A stretch of DNA of 64,000 nucleotides from Mytilus edulis (Eukaryota): NCBI RefSeq assembly GCF_963676685.1, contig NC_092350.1, positions 46,934,001-46,998,000 on the forward strand. Reading direction: 5' to 3'. Both the position numbers and the translations under genes were made by a program. Numbering within the stretch: position 1 is the stretch's first letter; each line of letters begins with the position of its first letter. Positions 14,108 through 25,214 of this stretch are shown in pieces. The notes beneath the pieces were generated by a model. It was not told where the DNA came from, searched no databases, and was given only the letters and a program-made list of their open reading frames with translations.

Positions 14108-14880
14108 TATATTTTACTTTTAAATATTATTAACATAAAATAGATCTTACCACATTATCAGCCAATACTCTTCTAATTTTGATCAATCGTTCTAGATAAA
14201 ATACTGATACCATAAACGTTAAATGCAAACACCCCTCCTATTAGTTTACAAATTGATAAATATAAACCTAATCTTACGCATCATAGTTTTGAACAACTCT
14301 TGCAAGATCGAATGCGATTGTTTATGAAACTTGTCCAATGTACAGCTCCCCCTCAGTCTGTGTATATACCATTCTATACACATTTTTGGCATCACTTGAT
14401 TATAAAGTTACTGCTAAAACTTAAACTAAGGATACATCTTTATGACATAATGATAATCACTGAAAGCATTAATTTATTAGGATATTAAACCAATGTTCAA
14501 TTTATATTTCAAAATCACAGGTTTAAACAAGCACACATGGGCCAGAAAACGATCTCAATACATTGACTCATAACTTATATGAAGATATTCCAACTTATCA
14601 AAACGATTCAAAAAGAAATAGCGCGATAGTGCATATAAATTATAAAAAATAAAACGAATATTAAAAATTTATTATTCTGGTCATTTATAAACATTTTCAA
14701 GAGGCATCCAATTTTATAATTTTTCATCGTCTGTTTTGTATTTGGAACCGGTAACACAGAGTAAAAGAATATTAGTCTTACATACACATATTTTGATCTG
14801 ATTTCTGATGCTTAGGAAAAAATGCTTCACTATTTAGAAACAAAACAGGCCCCAAAAAGTTATATAAAGGCTAAAGTTAA
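14108..14880 (+). repeat. Segmental duplication of 9292-9920 plus 11590-11690 (TRIM 3' flank)
   Basis: Collinear similarity, e.g. CTTACCACATTATCAGCC, ATTGATAAATATAAACC, TTTGTATTTGGAAC. Confidence 0.8.
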
Positions 14881-15540
14881 TAGCATTCATAAAATTTTAT
14901 AATCAAGGCACATTTGTCAACTGTTTAGGTTCAAATTTGTACACATTCAAAACTTTCTGAATTATTTATTAAATGCTACAAAGCATCAACCGAAAATGCT
15001 TATACTTTCATATGAAACAAAAAAATCATTTTCCATTTGTTACCAATTATTGGCTTTTTTAATATCAATATTGCACTTTTAAACTGACAGTAGCAAGCAA
15101 TCGAAGGCAAGACGTAGGTCTCAAACGAATCTTTTATTTCAAATAACAAGTTCACTCAAACTAATGTATGCTCACCAAAAACACACAGATTTCCAATATG
15201 AGTTAGTTTTTATTGATGAAACACGATAACTATCCAGAAATATTTCCAATCAGATGAATTTCTTATTTCTACCTAACAAAACTGTTCACATGAAAGCATG
15301 CTTGTTCTGAATGTGTGTATTTATAATCTCATTTATATACATTGTACTAGCATTGACAAATCACTTGCATACTACTAGGTTGCAGCTAATCAAGAAAAAA
15401 TCTATTTGTCTAATCTATTATTAAAGTAATTTTGTGAATATTGCATCTATTTGTTATTGTATGGTAATAAAATAAATGCTAGCGATGATGGATGTCTGTT
15501 TAATATAAATACCAAAATACAATGTATAATGCATATTCAA

Positions 15541-16308
15541 AACAAGAGGCTGTCACAACGACAGCAAACCGGATTTATTAACATTTATTTGTGTCCTGGC
15601 AATATCACAAGAACCATTACTGATGAATGATGAAAGTGAAAATCGTCAATATCAAATTTGACCTCCATTTTGTCATCAGTATCAACATATTAAAATTTGA
15701 AAAGCTTAGATTGAATGGTTTATGAGTAAATGTAACAACGTGAATGGAAACGGCGTTTTACGATCTTTCAAGAACAATAACTCCTGAACGGTAAAAGTCA
15801 AAATCGTCATTATTGAATTTGACTTCTATTTTGTCATCAGTAACAACATATAAAAATTTCAAAAGCTTTGGTTGAATGGTTCATGAGAAAATGCACGGAC
15901 ACGACTGGCAACACCATTTTTCATTCTTTCAAGAACCATAACTCCTGAACGGTAAAAGCCAAAATCGTCATAATTGACCTTGACCTCCATTTTGTCATCA
16001 GTAACAACATATTAAAATTTGAAAAGTTTTGGTGGAACAGTTCACAAGTAAATGCACGAATCCGACTGGAAACGCCATTTTTCAATCTTTCGAGAACCAT
16101 AACTCCTGAACGGTAAAAGTCAAAATCGCCATTATTGAACTTGACTTCATTTAGTTGTCAGTAACAGCATATTAAAATTTTAAAAGCTTTGGTTGAATGG
16201 TTCATGAGTTAATGCACGGACAACATTTGATTGCCGCCCGCCCGCCCGGCCGCCCGCCGTACCTCCCCAAATCAATAACCGACATTTTTGTCACAAAAAT
16301 CCGGTTAA
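15541..16308. mobile_element. Non-autonomous Helentron (HINE) with ~160-bp internal tandem repeats
   Basis: Starts AACAAGAG. Subterminal inverted AACCGGATTT (~15568) and AAATCCGGTT (~16297). About four 160-162 bp repeats (TTTTGTCATCAGTA at ~15668, 15829, 15990 and a variant at ~16150). (GCCC)n microsatellite at ~16235. Confidence 0.85.
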
Positions 16309-17813
16309 CGAGACCAGGTTAACGTGATATTAACATGTATCCTGCTACTGCAGATATTACGTGCTAGCTCAAAAGGTAACAGTCACACATTTACCCTACC
16401 CGGCTACATTATTTGTGACTCCTGACCAATCAGTCAAAACATTTACTTCTTAATCAAAATGTAAAATCACACAAATACTAAATTCCGAGGAAAATTCAAA
16501 ACGGAAAGTCCTTAATCAAATAATAAAACACATCAATCGAATGAACAACAACTGTCATATTTCTTGACCTGGTACAGGCATTTTCAAATATAGAAAATGG
16601 TGGATTGAACCTGGTTTTGTAGCGCTAAACCTGACACACATAAACGTCAGTACGATCAAGCGCGTAGTTGAGAACCAGCAGCTACCAAATTTTAAAAATG
16701 TAGTAACCTAGTAGTCGGGATTCGAAACCAAAAATCCCTGCACTCTAGCGGGCACACCAGCAAGAGACAATAGAAGGATAAATTACGTGTGCATCTCAGT
16801 AAAGCATTTCTCTAAATTTTTATAGTATTTCTTAAAGATTGGAATATAGTCAAAATATGATATAAAAACATTACTTTCCATGCACAAAAACAGCGTTAAC
16901 TGACTAACATACGATCACCAATTACATGATTCTAGAATAAAGTAAAGTGGTATTGCAAGGTCTTCCTGGTGGAAGCTGGTGTAAATATCAATCTTATTAC
17001 ACAAACGTCTTAGTTTACATTTCCCTACGCTATTGGTCCTTAACCATGACAAGACAAATACTTTGTCCGGACATGCGTCGCTGTATGCAATTGATTGAGG
17101 CACATAATCATTCCTTGAATGCATGTTAGTCAAGAAAACTTTGATGGAAATTTCCCTTTTGCAATGAGTGTTGGAAATCTTCAAACCACCTGCAGGGAGT
17201 AGCTGCATGGCGGATATGAAAATTGCTGACACGCTACAACTCAACATTATTAAGCTACAGATCAAATGTAAAATATTCCTTTCTACAGATGGCAAGAAAC
17301 GTTTGACGAAATTTTCCTCGCACAAAAAGTACAATATCGGCAAACAGAATTAGATGTAAATAAAAAAAATCCGTTCACACTATAACCCAATATCATTCAA
17401 GCTGAAGGTTAAATGCATTCCCTTTACAGTCAAGAACACTTTGACGAAAGTTTTCTACTCCAGGTCTTTCGGGCGGATTGTGGTATGCAGTCGAACAGTT
17501 ACTGGACCTGCATTCGCCGTTGGCGATGCATGTGAAACGAGGTCGAAGACAACATACATATATCAAAACGACACTTCAATACATAAGGCACCAATAACAA
17601 GACATGGAATATTTTTTTTATTATTCTATTAATGTATATATATGATAAAAATGTTCACCTCCTAATGTGAGGATTTTTTTCATGCGCCATATTTATATGA
17701 AAACATGTTTACAAGCATTGCTTTAAGCTTAGGAATATACAATATATTTTATGGTTACATTTTATAATTAAGGGACATTGTTGTAGTTCTTTAATCTTTT
17801 AATCTTGTTAATC

Positions 17814-17992
17814 GAAAAAACTAAGGATTTTCTTATCCCAGGCATAGATTACCTTAGCCATATTTGTCACAACTTTTTGGAATTTTGGATCGTCAATGAT
17901 CTTCAACTTTGTACTTGTTTGTTTATATAACTATTTTTATGTGAGCGTCACTGATGAGTCTTATGTAATCCTAGTACCTTTGATAACTACTT
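17814..17992 (+). mobile_element. Retrozyme-like repeat copy with the 3' half of the hammerhead deleted
   Basis: Homologous to 20405-20622. GCGTCA-CTGATGA-GTC at 17945-17960 joins directly to the post-ribozyme sequence. Confidence 0.7.
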
Positions 17993-18849
17993 ATATAGTG
18001 GAAGGATATAGGCGAGTGACATATTTCAAAAAGACGCTTAGTTAACGACTTTAATGCACCCACCTAACACACGGCTGTGTTATATATCATTTAAAAGCTT
18101 GTTATCTGTACTTTCTGTTTTGCTATTTCGTAAAAAAGTCGTACGGTGCATTTTCTGTTAAATTAGGGTCAAAAGTCATGAATAAACATTCAAATTTTTT
18201 GCGATTTAAAAAAAAAATGAACTGCATATGGCATGATAAATTATTTCCAAATCAAATAAAAATAAGAATTTAGTTGCGCAATACTTTCCGAAATTACAAT
18301 TCATAAGAAATCCTAAAAAAATGAAAATATTGTTCCAAAAGCAAAATACATCTTTGGAGATCGATATTTGTACGCTAAAAAAAATATGCAAATGTATATT
18401 TTTTACATCAAGGAATATTTGTTATATAATTTTAAGATGCAATTATTAACTATTGTTCATAGAACATACCATTGCTGACCTCATAAGATCATTCGCTGTT
18501 TTTGCATGTTCAGGCAGGGATAGTTTTCATGTTGTGCTGTGTTCTGTTGACTGTTGTTCGTCTCTTGGACTTTTTATTCAAATTTATTTTACATATGGTT
18601 TTATTTCAGTTTTTTTGATTCAAGGTTTGAGATTGGTTGTCCCTTTGTTATCATTTTACTTTAAAGTTACAGTGATGGAAATCGGCAAAAAAAATCGCCT
18701 AACAGTAATGTGAAGTAGATTAAACGCTATTAGACAAATATCCGCGAAAATAAGTTAATTTGCTCACGGTGATAAATATATAGAACCAAATAGTAAACGT
18801 GATACATTGAACAACAATTATTTTAAAATTTTACTACTTAAAGAAAAAC

Positions 18850-19240
18850 GAAAGATATCAATGGGACATTCAAAGTCATAATTCAAAACGAACCACCAAA
18901 GCCGGGATAAAAAAAACGAAAAAGACAAGCAACAGTATAAAAAACACAACATATAAAACTACAGATTGAATAACACAAACCCTCAAACATATTTGGGGTG
19001 AACTCAGGGACTCCCAAAAGAGTAACCAGATCCTGTTCCACATGCGACACACGTCTTATGGCTGGCTTATGTAATTCCTTATTCGATAGGTGACATACAA
19101 GGCAGAGATGACGGTATTTTGAATACGTCGATTTGAACTTATCCGTCGTCATCTGGCGAATCAGATTTCCATAAATGTCAACCAACTAGTAGTGGCGTCC
19201 ATAAATTTTTCGAAGGAATGATTTCAACTTCGCATTTGAA
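18850..19240 (-). mobile_element. Penelope-like 3' fragment
   Basis: Reverse complement of the CATGTGGAGCAGGATCTG... terminal block seen at 23045-23272 and 27040-27260. Confidence 0.6.
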
Positions 19241-19299
19241 CTTGAACGTAACAGAGAAACCTTCGGATTCGTCTTAAACATTTTTCTTTTTGAAATCAC

Positions 19300-19850
19300 A
19301 TGTGTCTTAACTTGGAAATCAGTGCATGTCAGAGTGTTGACTCCATGTTTGTTTTTTATATAGAATGTGTTTTTTGAAAATTATTACATATGAATAATAT
19401 ATTCACGAAGTAATCCGGATCTTATTGAACCTTGTGTTTTATTATCTACATTGATTGTCCTCAATCCTTCTTCCCTGTACAATTTGTTCATGGTTCCTAC
19501 GTTTGTAAGCACTACACCGTCACTGCATGAACAAACATTAAACGATTAATTAGATTGTCTTTGCTCTATATCAAAGCATTTAATAGGGAAATAGTTACAT
19601 TAACGAGCAGATGTAACACTATTTTATTGTTACCTGTGTAATCGATATCAAAGTTTCTACCTAGTTTTATTTCAAAGTCCTTTGTACCATTGTTGTGAAT
19701 TACTATGACTTTATGTTTTACGTAACAAGTAAACATCATCCATCCATCAGGTAGTATGGTACATCTTCCAACGTCAGTGGCATCAATATTGTCGGTTTTT
19801 GGTGAAGTCGGCGTCAGATTAACTTTGGTAATCATACCACGGACTATACA
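19300..19850 (-). pseudogene. TRIM-like propeller remnant (copy 4)
   Basis: ORF 19566-19853 GRCTILPDGWMMFTCY...NNGTKDFEIKLGRNFDIDY. Similarity continues out of frame to TCTDFQ near 19320. Confidence 0.85.
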
Positions 19851-20538
19851 CATGTCGAAACCTACAGTTCACCAGATAGACGGATTGATAGACGGATGAT
19901 GAGTATTTGAATGTAACTTACATATGAAGAAACAATGATTCAAGATTTTATCTGCGACATATTTGGGTTTGAATAACGCCATTTACATTAATCAGTGAGA
20001 ATTGTTTTGAGATAATCGAATAAGACTTATTTTGAAAAGAGTCTTGGACACATACCATTTATAACTGATTGAATCTGTGTGCCAATTTGAGCACTATCTG
20101 CTTTATCATATTGGCCATTTTTTTTTAAAAGAACCAAAGAATCAAGAGTAAATCAGCCATCTTTGTATTTAAAAACTGGTTGACCTTTTCAGTCATGTTC
20201 GAAATCCGACAATCACGCTGTATCACTGTCGACAGGCAAGTGATCACATTGGATGATGAGAACACGAACCTTCATCTGAACTATTTTTCATTGTTTTCTT
20301 GAAGTTTGCCAAACTTTCAGTGGCAAATATTACATGAACATCAGCACAAAACATTTGTGTATATGAGTGGAATATTCTTTCACCAGATGGATAAAACTTT
20401 GAATTTTGAAAAACTAAGGCTTTTCTTCCTCAGAAATAGATTATCTTAACTATATTTAGCAAAGCTTTTAGGAATTTGAGTCATCAATGCTCTTCAACTT
20501 CGTACTCTATTTAGCCTATAAAAAAATTTTTGATTCAA

Positions 20539-20582
20539 GCGTCACTGATGAGTCTTTTGTAGACGAAACGCGCGTCTGGCGT
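20539..20582 (+). ncRNA. Type I hammerhead ribozyme with intact core, in a retrozyme-like repeat (20405-20622)
   Basis: Stem I GCGTCA/TGGCGT, CTGATGA, stem II GTC-TTTTGTA-GAC, GAAA, minimal stem III C-GCGC-G, GTC cleavage triplet ending at 20576. Confidence 0.85.
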
Positions 20583-21068
20583 AAATTTTTTTTTTTATCC
20601 TGGTTTCTATGATGAGTTTATTCGAACAAACATTAGCACTAGGATCAAGAATGATAATAGAACTAAAACTAAAACTCCTGCATAAAAGAGGGACGAAAGA
20701 TACCAGAGGAAAAAGACAAACAGACAAATAATTATAGTACACTGTTTACAACACAGAAAACTAAACACTAAGCAACACGAACACCAAACAAACTTGGTGT
20801 GATCTCAGGTGTTTCGGAGAGGTAAGCACAATATTGCTTCTTTACCCTGAGGAGTAGTTTCATATACATTCCATATGAAACATTTGGAATGGTATTATAT
20901 TAATTTTCTGTCAATATTTGTTTCTCAGACATATATGTATAAAGAATTGGCTTCAAAAATTAGTTTAATAGACAATTTGATAATGAAAAACAATAAACAA
21001 CCAATATTGCAAAAACTATTTTAATAATTTCCTTAAAAATTTTACTCAAATCTGAATACGTATTTTAG

Positions 21069-21790
21069 CTACTTTACATCAAACAAAAATGCGTGGCCCT
21101 CTCTGTTTGTCATCAGAAGTGAATTTGTTGACTGGCATAATGCAATGCCTGTGGGTTGGTTAGACCTTCAATGGAAGATAGAATTTGTCTATGACGTTTA
21201 CCGTCATGTGATATAACCACAACATTGTTGGAATGGGCCCCCACAACATATACATTTCCATATTTGTCTACGGAAATACCTTGGGGGCATTTTAAAACGC
21301 ATTCCTCTTTGAATTCCCATTGTTTCGTACCTTGGAAATCACTGCATGTAACTGTGTCGTTATCAAGGTTTGTATATATAATATGTTTATCAAAACTTGT
21401 AAGATATGAATATCCCGATAGGCTAAGAGGTCCAGATCTTATGGAACCTATTGTTTCATTATTCATATTGATTGTCTTTAAACCATTTCCCCCTGCACAA
21501 TATATTAATGTTCGTCGTTTGTGAGCACCGCGCCTTCATTGTATATTCCAGCATTTAGCTTTTTACTAACTGTTCTTTTCTCAATGTCAATAAGAAATAT
21601 ATTCGGAAATTTCAAGGTGCCGCCCGGAGTCACAAAATCATATTGTTATCGATATAATTGATATCAAAGCAACTATCTAGTTTCATCTCGAATTCCTTTT
21701 CACCATTGATGTTCATTGCTATAACTTTATCTGCTTGTAACAAGTAAACATCATCCTTCCATCAGGTAGTGTTGTACATCCTCTGATAAC
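21069..21790 (-). pseudogene. TRIM-like propeller remnant (copy 5)
   Basis: ORF 21113-21466 (NNETIGSIRSGPL...ILSSIEGLTNPQAL) is highly similar to the intact gene. Frameshifted, and similarity ends at a Helentron-like remnant at ~21790. Confidence 0.9.
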
Positions 21791-23044
21791 TCATGAACGA
21801 TAAAAGTGACTCTACCAAATTTCAAATTTGATTTTGTGGTGTGTGGTAATAAGCATTGTCCCACATTAGGTGGAGGGTGTGGATCCCGCTAACAAGTTTA
21901 GCCCCGCCTTATTTTGTGTGTTTGTGTCTGTCCCAAGTCAGGAGCTTGTAATTCAGTGATTGTCGTTTGTTTATGTGATGTGTTACATATTTGTTTTTCG
22001 TGCATTTTTTGTACAAAAATAAGGCCGTTAGTTTTCTCGTTTGAATTGTTTTACATTGTCAATTCGGTGACCTATAATTGTTAATTTCTGTGTCAATTTG
22101 TCTCTCGTGAAGATTTCTCATTGGTACTCATGCCACATCTTCTTTTTTATATTGTGTATAAATTTTGTGGTATTTGGTTGAGGCAAACTAAAGTTTGGAG
22201 AACGGAACCCATTTTTGGCGACGTTCGGGACGTACGGACTAGGGTAACACTGTATGCCCCTCCACTATGGCGCCAACACAGAAGTTCTGAATATTGTGCA
22301 GGTGATACTCATCCCACTAGCACTGTCATTAACACACACACAATTTCATTATCAAAATATTCAATCTTAATTTTGATTTCTTTATTTTGGGCCGAATGAT
22401 CACAAGGAGTATCAAATTTGACAAATTTATTGTCCATATACATTTTTGTAATATTTTATAGCTTATTTTTCACTTAATTAAAGCTGCTTACAAACTTAAA
22501 TTGATCATCACTTTCATTGTATATGTCTTTTAGCATTCTGTTTTGAACAAAACGATTTGTTACATATACTTCACATGTATTTCTATCAAATCTGACATTA
22601 TTACAAAGCCAATTAAATAAACTTCAATCGAATTTGAAAATAAATTTGCAATCAAACATATATGCAAGTCGTCAACTGGTCAAGTGGCTAGATGCACATA
22701 TCGTTGGTCAATTGAACGACATGTCCTAATTGGGTGGTTTTAAAACTCCTAGAAATATTAACGGAAATAAGGGATGAGTAAAGGAAAATAAATGAAAACA
22801 GAACGACTGAATTAAATAAAAGGATGTTCGATATACTGCATATTTCGGTTTTTTAAATCTATAGGATGATTTATTTCTATCTAGTTTCCTAATCAAAATA
22901 ATTAAAATGAGAAGATAAATACCTTACAGCTTCCTTAACCGTCGATGCTGAAATGTTTAATGTTATAAAACAATTTTAGCGTCTTTGACCTTCTTTATCT
23001 TTTTAGTCGGATACTTGCGGTTATCTTCTCCAAGTTTAACGGGA

Positions 23045-23272
23045 ACACGGGTGCCACATGTGGAGCAGGATCTGCATACCCTTCCGGAACACCTGAGATC
23101 ACCCCTAGTTTTTGGTGGGGTCGTGTTGTTTATTCTAAGACTTTAGTTTTCTATGTTGAGTCATGTGTACTATTGTTTGTCTGTTTGTCTTTTTCATTTT
23201 TAGCCATGGTGTTGTCAGTTTATTTTCGATTTATGAGTTTGACTGTCCCTCTGGTATCTTTCGTCCCTCTTT
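23045..23272 (+). mobile_element. Penelope-like 3' terminal fragment
   Basis: Matches the 3' end of the RT-bearing element at 27040-27260. Confidence 0.65.
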
Positions 23273-23516
23273 TAGAATAATCTAGAATAGAACCCAGATG
23301 CAACCAAGAAGGTGGGTTGCTACAACCAAACAACCCGAATGTTGAACCAGTTACCATGATTTCGCACCAAAAAACCCAGATAGAACCAAGGTTTAGAACC
23401 AGAGTGCAAGGATAGAACCTAATTGCATTCAGAATTCTCATGACTTTTTATACCTTCAACGTATTTTGCAAATCATTTATTTATTTAGTATATTTATATA
23501 TAATTTACGTCTTTCA

Positions 23517-25214
23517 CTACTTTACCTCAAACAGAAACGCGCGACCCTGTGTGTTTGCAACAAGTAAAGAGTTTGTTGACTGATCATAACGCAATGCATG
23601 TGGGTGGGTTAGACCTTCAATCGAAGATAGAATTTGTCTATGACGTTTACCGTGATGTGATATAACCACAGCATTGTTTGATTTGGCTCCAACAACATAC
23701 ACATTTCCATCGTTGTCTACGGATATACCTTGGGGGCCTTTTAAAACGCTTTCCTCTTTGAATTCCCATAGTGGCGTACCTTTGAAATCAATGCATGTCA
23801 CTGTGTTGTTGTCAGGGTTTGTATATATAATATAATTATCAAAACTTGTAACATATGAAAATCCCGATAGGCCAAGAGGTCCTGATCTAATGGAACCTAT
23901 TGTTTCATTATTCAAATCAATTATCTTCAATCCATTCTCTGATGCACAATATATTAATGTTTCGTCGTTTATGAGCACTGCGCCTTCATTGAATTCTCCA
24001 ACATTAAACCTTCTAACAACTTTTCTTTTCTCAATGTCAAGAAGGGTGATATACTGAGACCGCCTGCGGCTACCAGACGTCACAAAAATTATATTGTTAT
24101 CTATGTAGTCGATATCAAAGTAACTACCTACTTTCATCTCAAAGTCCTTTGTTCCATCGTTGTTAATTGCTATGACCTTTTCTTGATCGTAACAAGTAAA
24201 CATCATTCTTCCATCACGCAGCATGGTACATCCTTTTACGTTGGTGCCATGCGTTTTGACAGTCTGTCGTAACGTCAGTGTCATGTTATCAATGGATATT
24301 GGTACTGGGGCGGCAATCATATGTTGAGCCTGTTGATTCTTTTGTCTTCTTATAATAAGTTTGTTCGGCTCATTATCAACGATGATTTCTCCCAAGGATT
24401 TAACATCTATAGTAATATTCTGTAAAATCGTTTCAATTTTCAAAGATATTTGTGAATGATTTAATTTTTCGCTTTTAATTATTGACTGAACAAAATGTTC
24501 TTTCTTTGCTAAATCACTCTCCATGTCTCTTGTTGCCAGGAACGTTTGTAATTCAGAAGCGTACTGCTTAATATTTTCTAACCCGGCTTGAAATTCTGCT
24601 ATCTCTTTTTCCTGCTTCTCAACTTCGCTCAGTAGCTGACGAATCTTCTTACTCTCTGTCTCCTCTGATGTATCAAGATCTCTCAGTAGTGTCTGATGTA
24701 GTTGGTCTAGGTGATTATTGATCGAGGTTTTAGCTTTTTGAATCTCCATTCCAATGTTCTTCTTTTGTTCTTTCAAAGAGGCTAGATTTTCTGCACGGTC
24801 TTTCCGTATCATTTGGATATGTTCTTTTACCTCGTTCAGAGTCCTTTCGATATCTTGGAATGCATTTGAAGACTTGATTCCACCTATGACATCATTTATG
24901 TCTTTTAAATCTTCACATTTATTGTGTTCCTCGACCACACAACGTTTACAGCACGGACAATCATGTTTCATACAAAATATTTGATACTTTTGATCATGTT
25001 TCTTGCAGGACTGTGCGATTTGAATAACATTACTTGGTAATTTCTGGTACTCAGCTATCATCACGGTATCATGATTACGTGTTCCTTTGGATAAACCGTG
25101 GTGTTCCCTACAATCATCACAGAGACCCTCATCACAATCTGAACACCAGATGACTGACTGTTTACTGATATTGCGTAGTTCACAAACTCCACAAAGTTTC
25201 CAGTTACTTGCCAT
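23517..25214 (-). CDS. RING-less TRIM-like protein: two B-box-type Zn fingers, coiled coil, C-terminal NHL-like beta-propeller (565 aa, single coding exon)
   Basis: Open 565-aa ORF with CGVC...WCSDCDEGLCDDCREHH (B-box1) and CKKH...FCMKHDCPCCKRC...H (B-box2). A long heptad-rich helical region follows, then NHL-like LKGPQGISVDNDGNVYV and GLTHPHAL. A TTTCAG acceptor just upstream (25228) implies a 5' UTR intron. Confidence 0.93.
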   Translation of the reverse strand: MASNWKLCGVCELRNISKQSVIWCSDCDEGLCDDCREHHGLSKGTRNHDTVMIAEYQKLPSNVIQIAQSCKKHDQKYQIFCMKHDCPCCKRCVVEEHNKCEDLKDINDVIGGIKSSNAFQDIERTLNEVKEHIQMIRKDRAENLASLKEQKKNIGMEIQKAKTSINNHLDQLHQTLLRDLDTSEETESKKIRQLLSEVEKQEKEIAEFQAGLENIKQYASELQTFLATRDMESDLAKKEHFVQSIIKSEKLNHSQISLKIETILQNITIDVKSLGEIIVDNEPNKLIIRRQKNQQAQHMIAAPVPISIDNMTLTLRQTVKTHGTNVKGCTMLRDGRMMFTCYDQEKVIAINNDGTKDFEMKVGSYFDIDYIDNNIIFVTSGSRRRSQYITLLDIEKRKVVRRFNVGEFNEGAVLINDETLIYCASENGLKIIDLNNETIGSIRSGPLGLSGFSYVTSFDNYIIYTNPDNNTVTCIDFKGTPLWEFKEESVLKGPQGISVDNDGNVYVVGAKSNNAVVISHHGKRHRQILSSIEGLTHPHALRYDQSTNSLLVANTQGRAFLFEVK

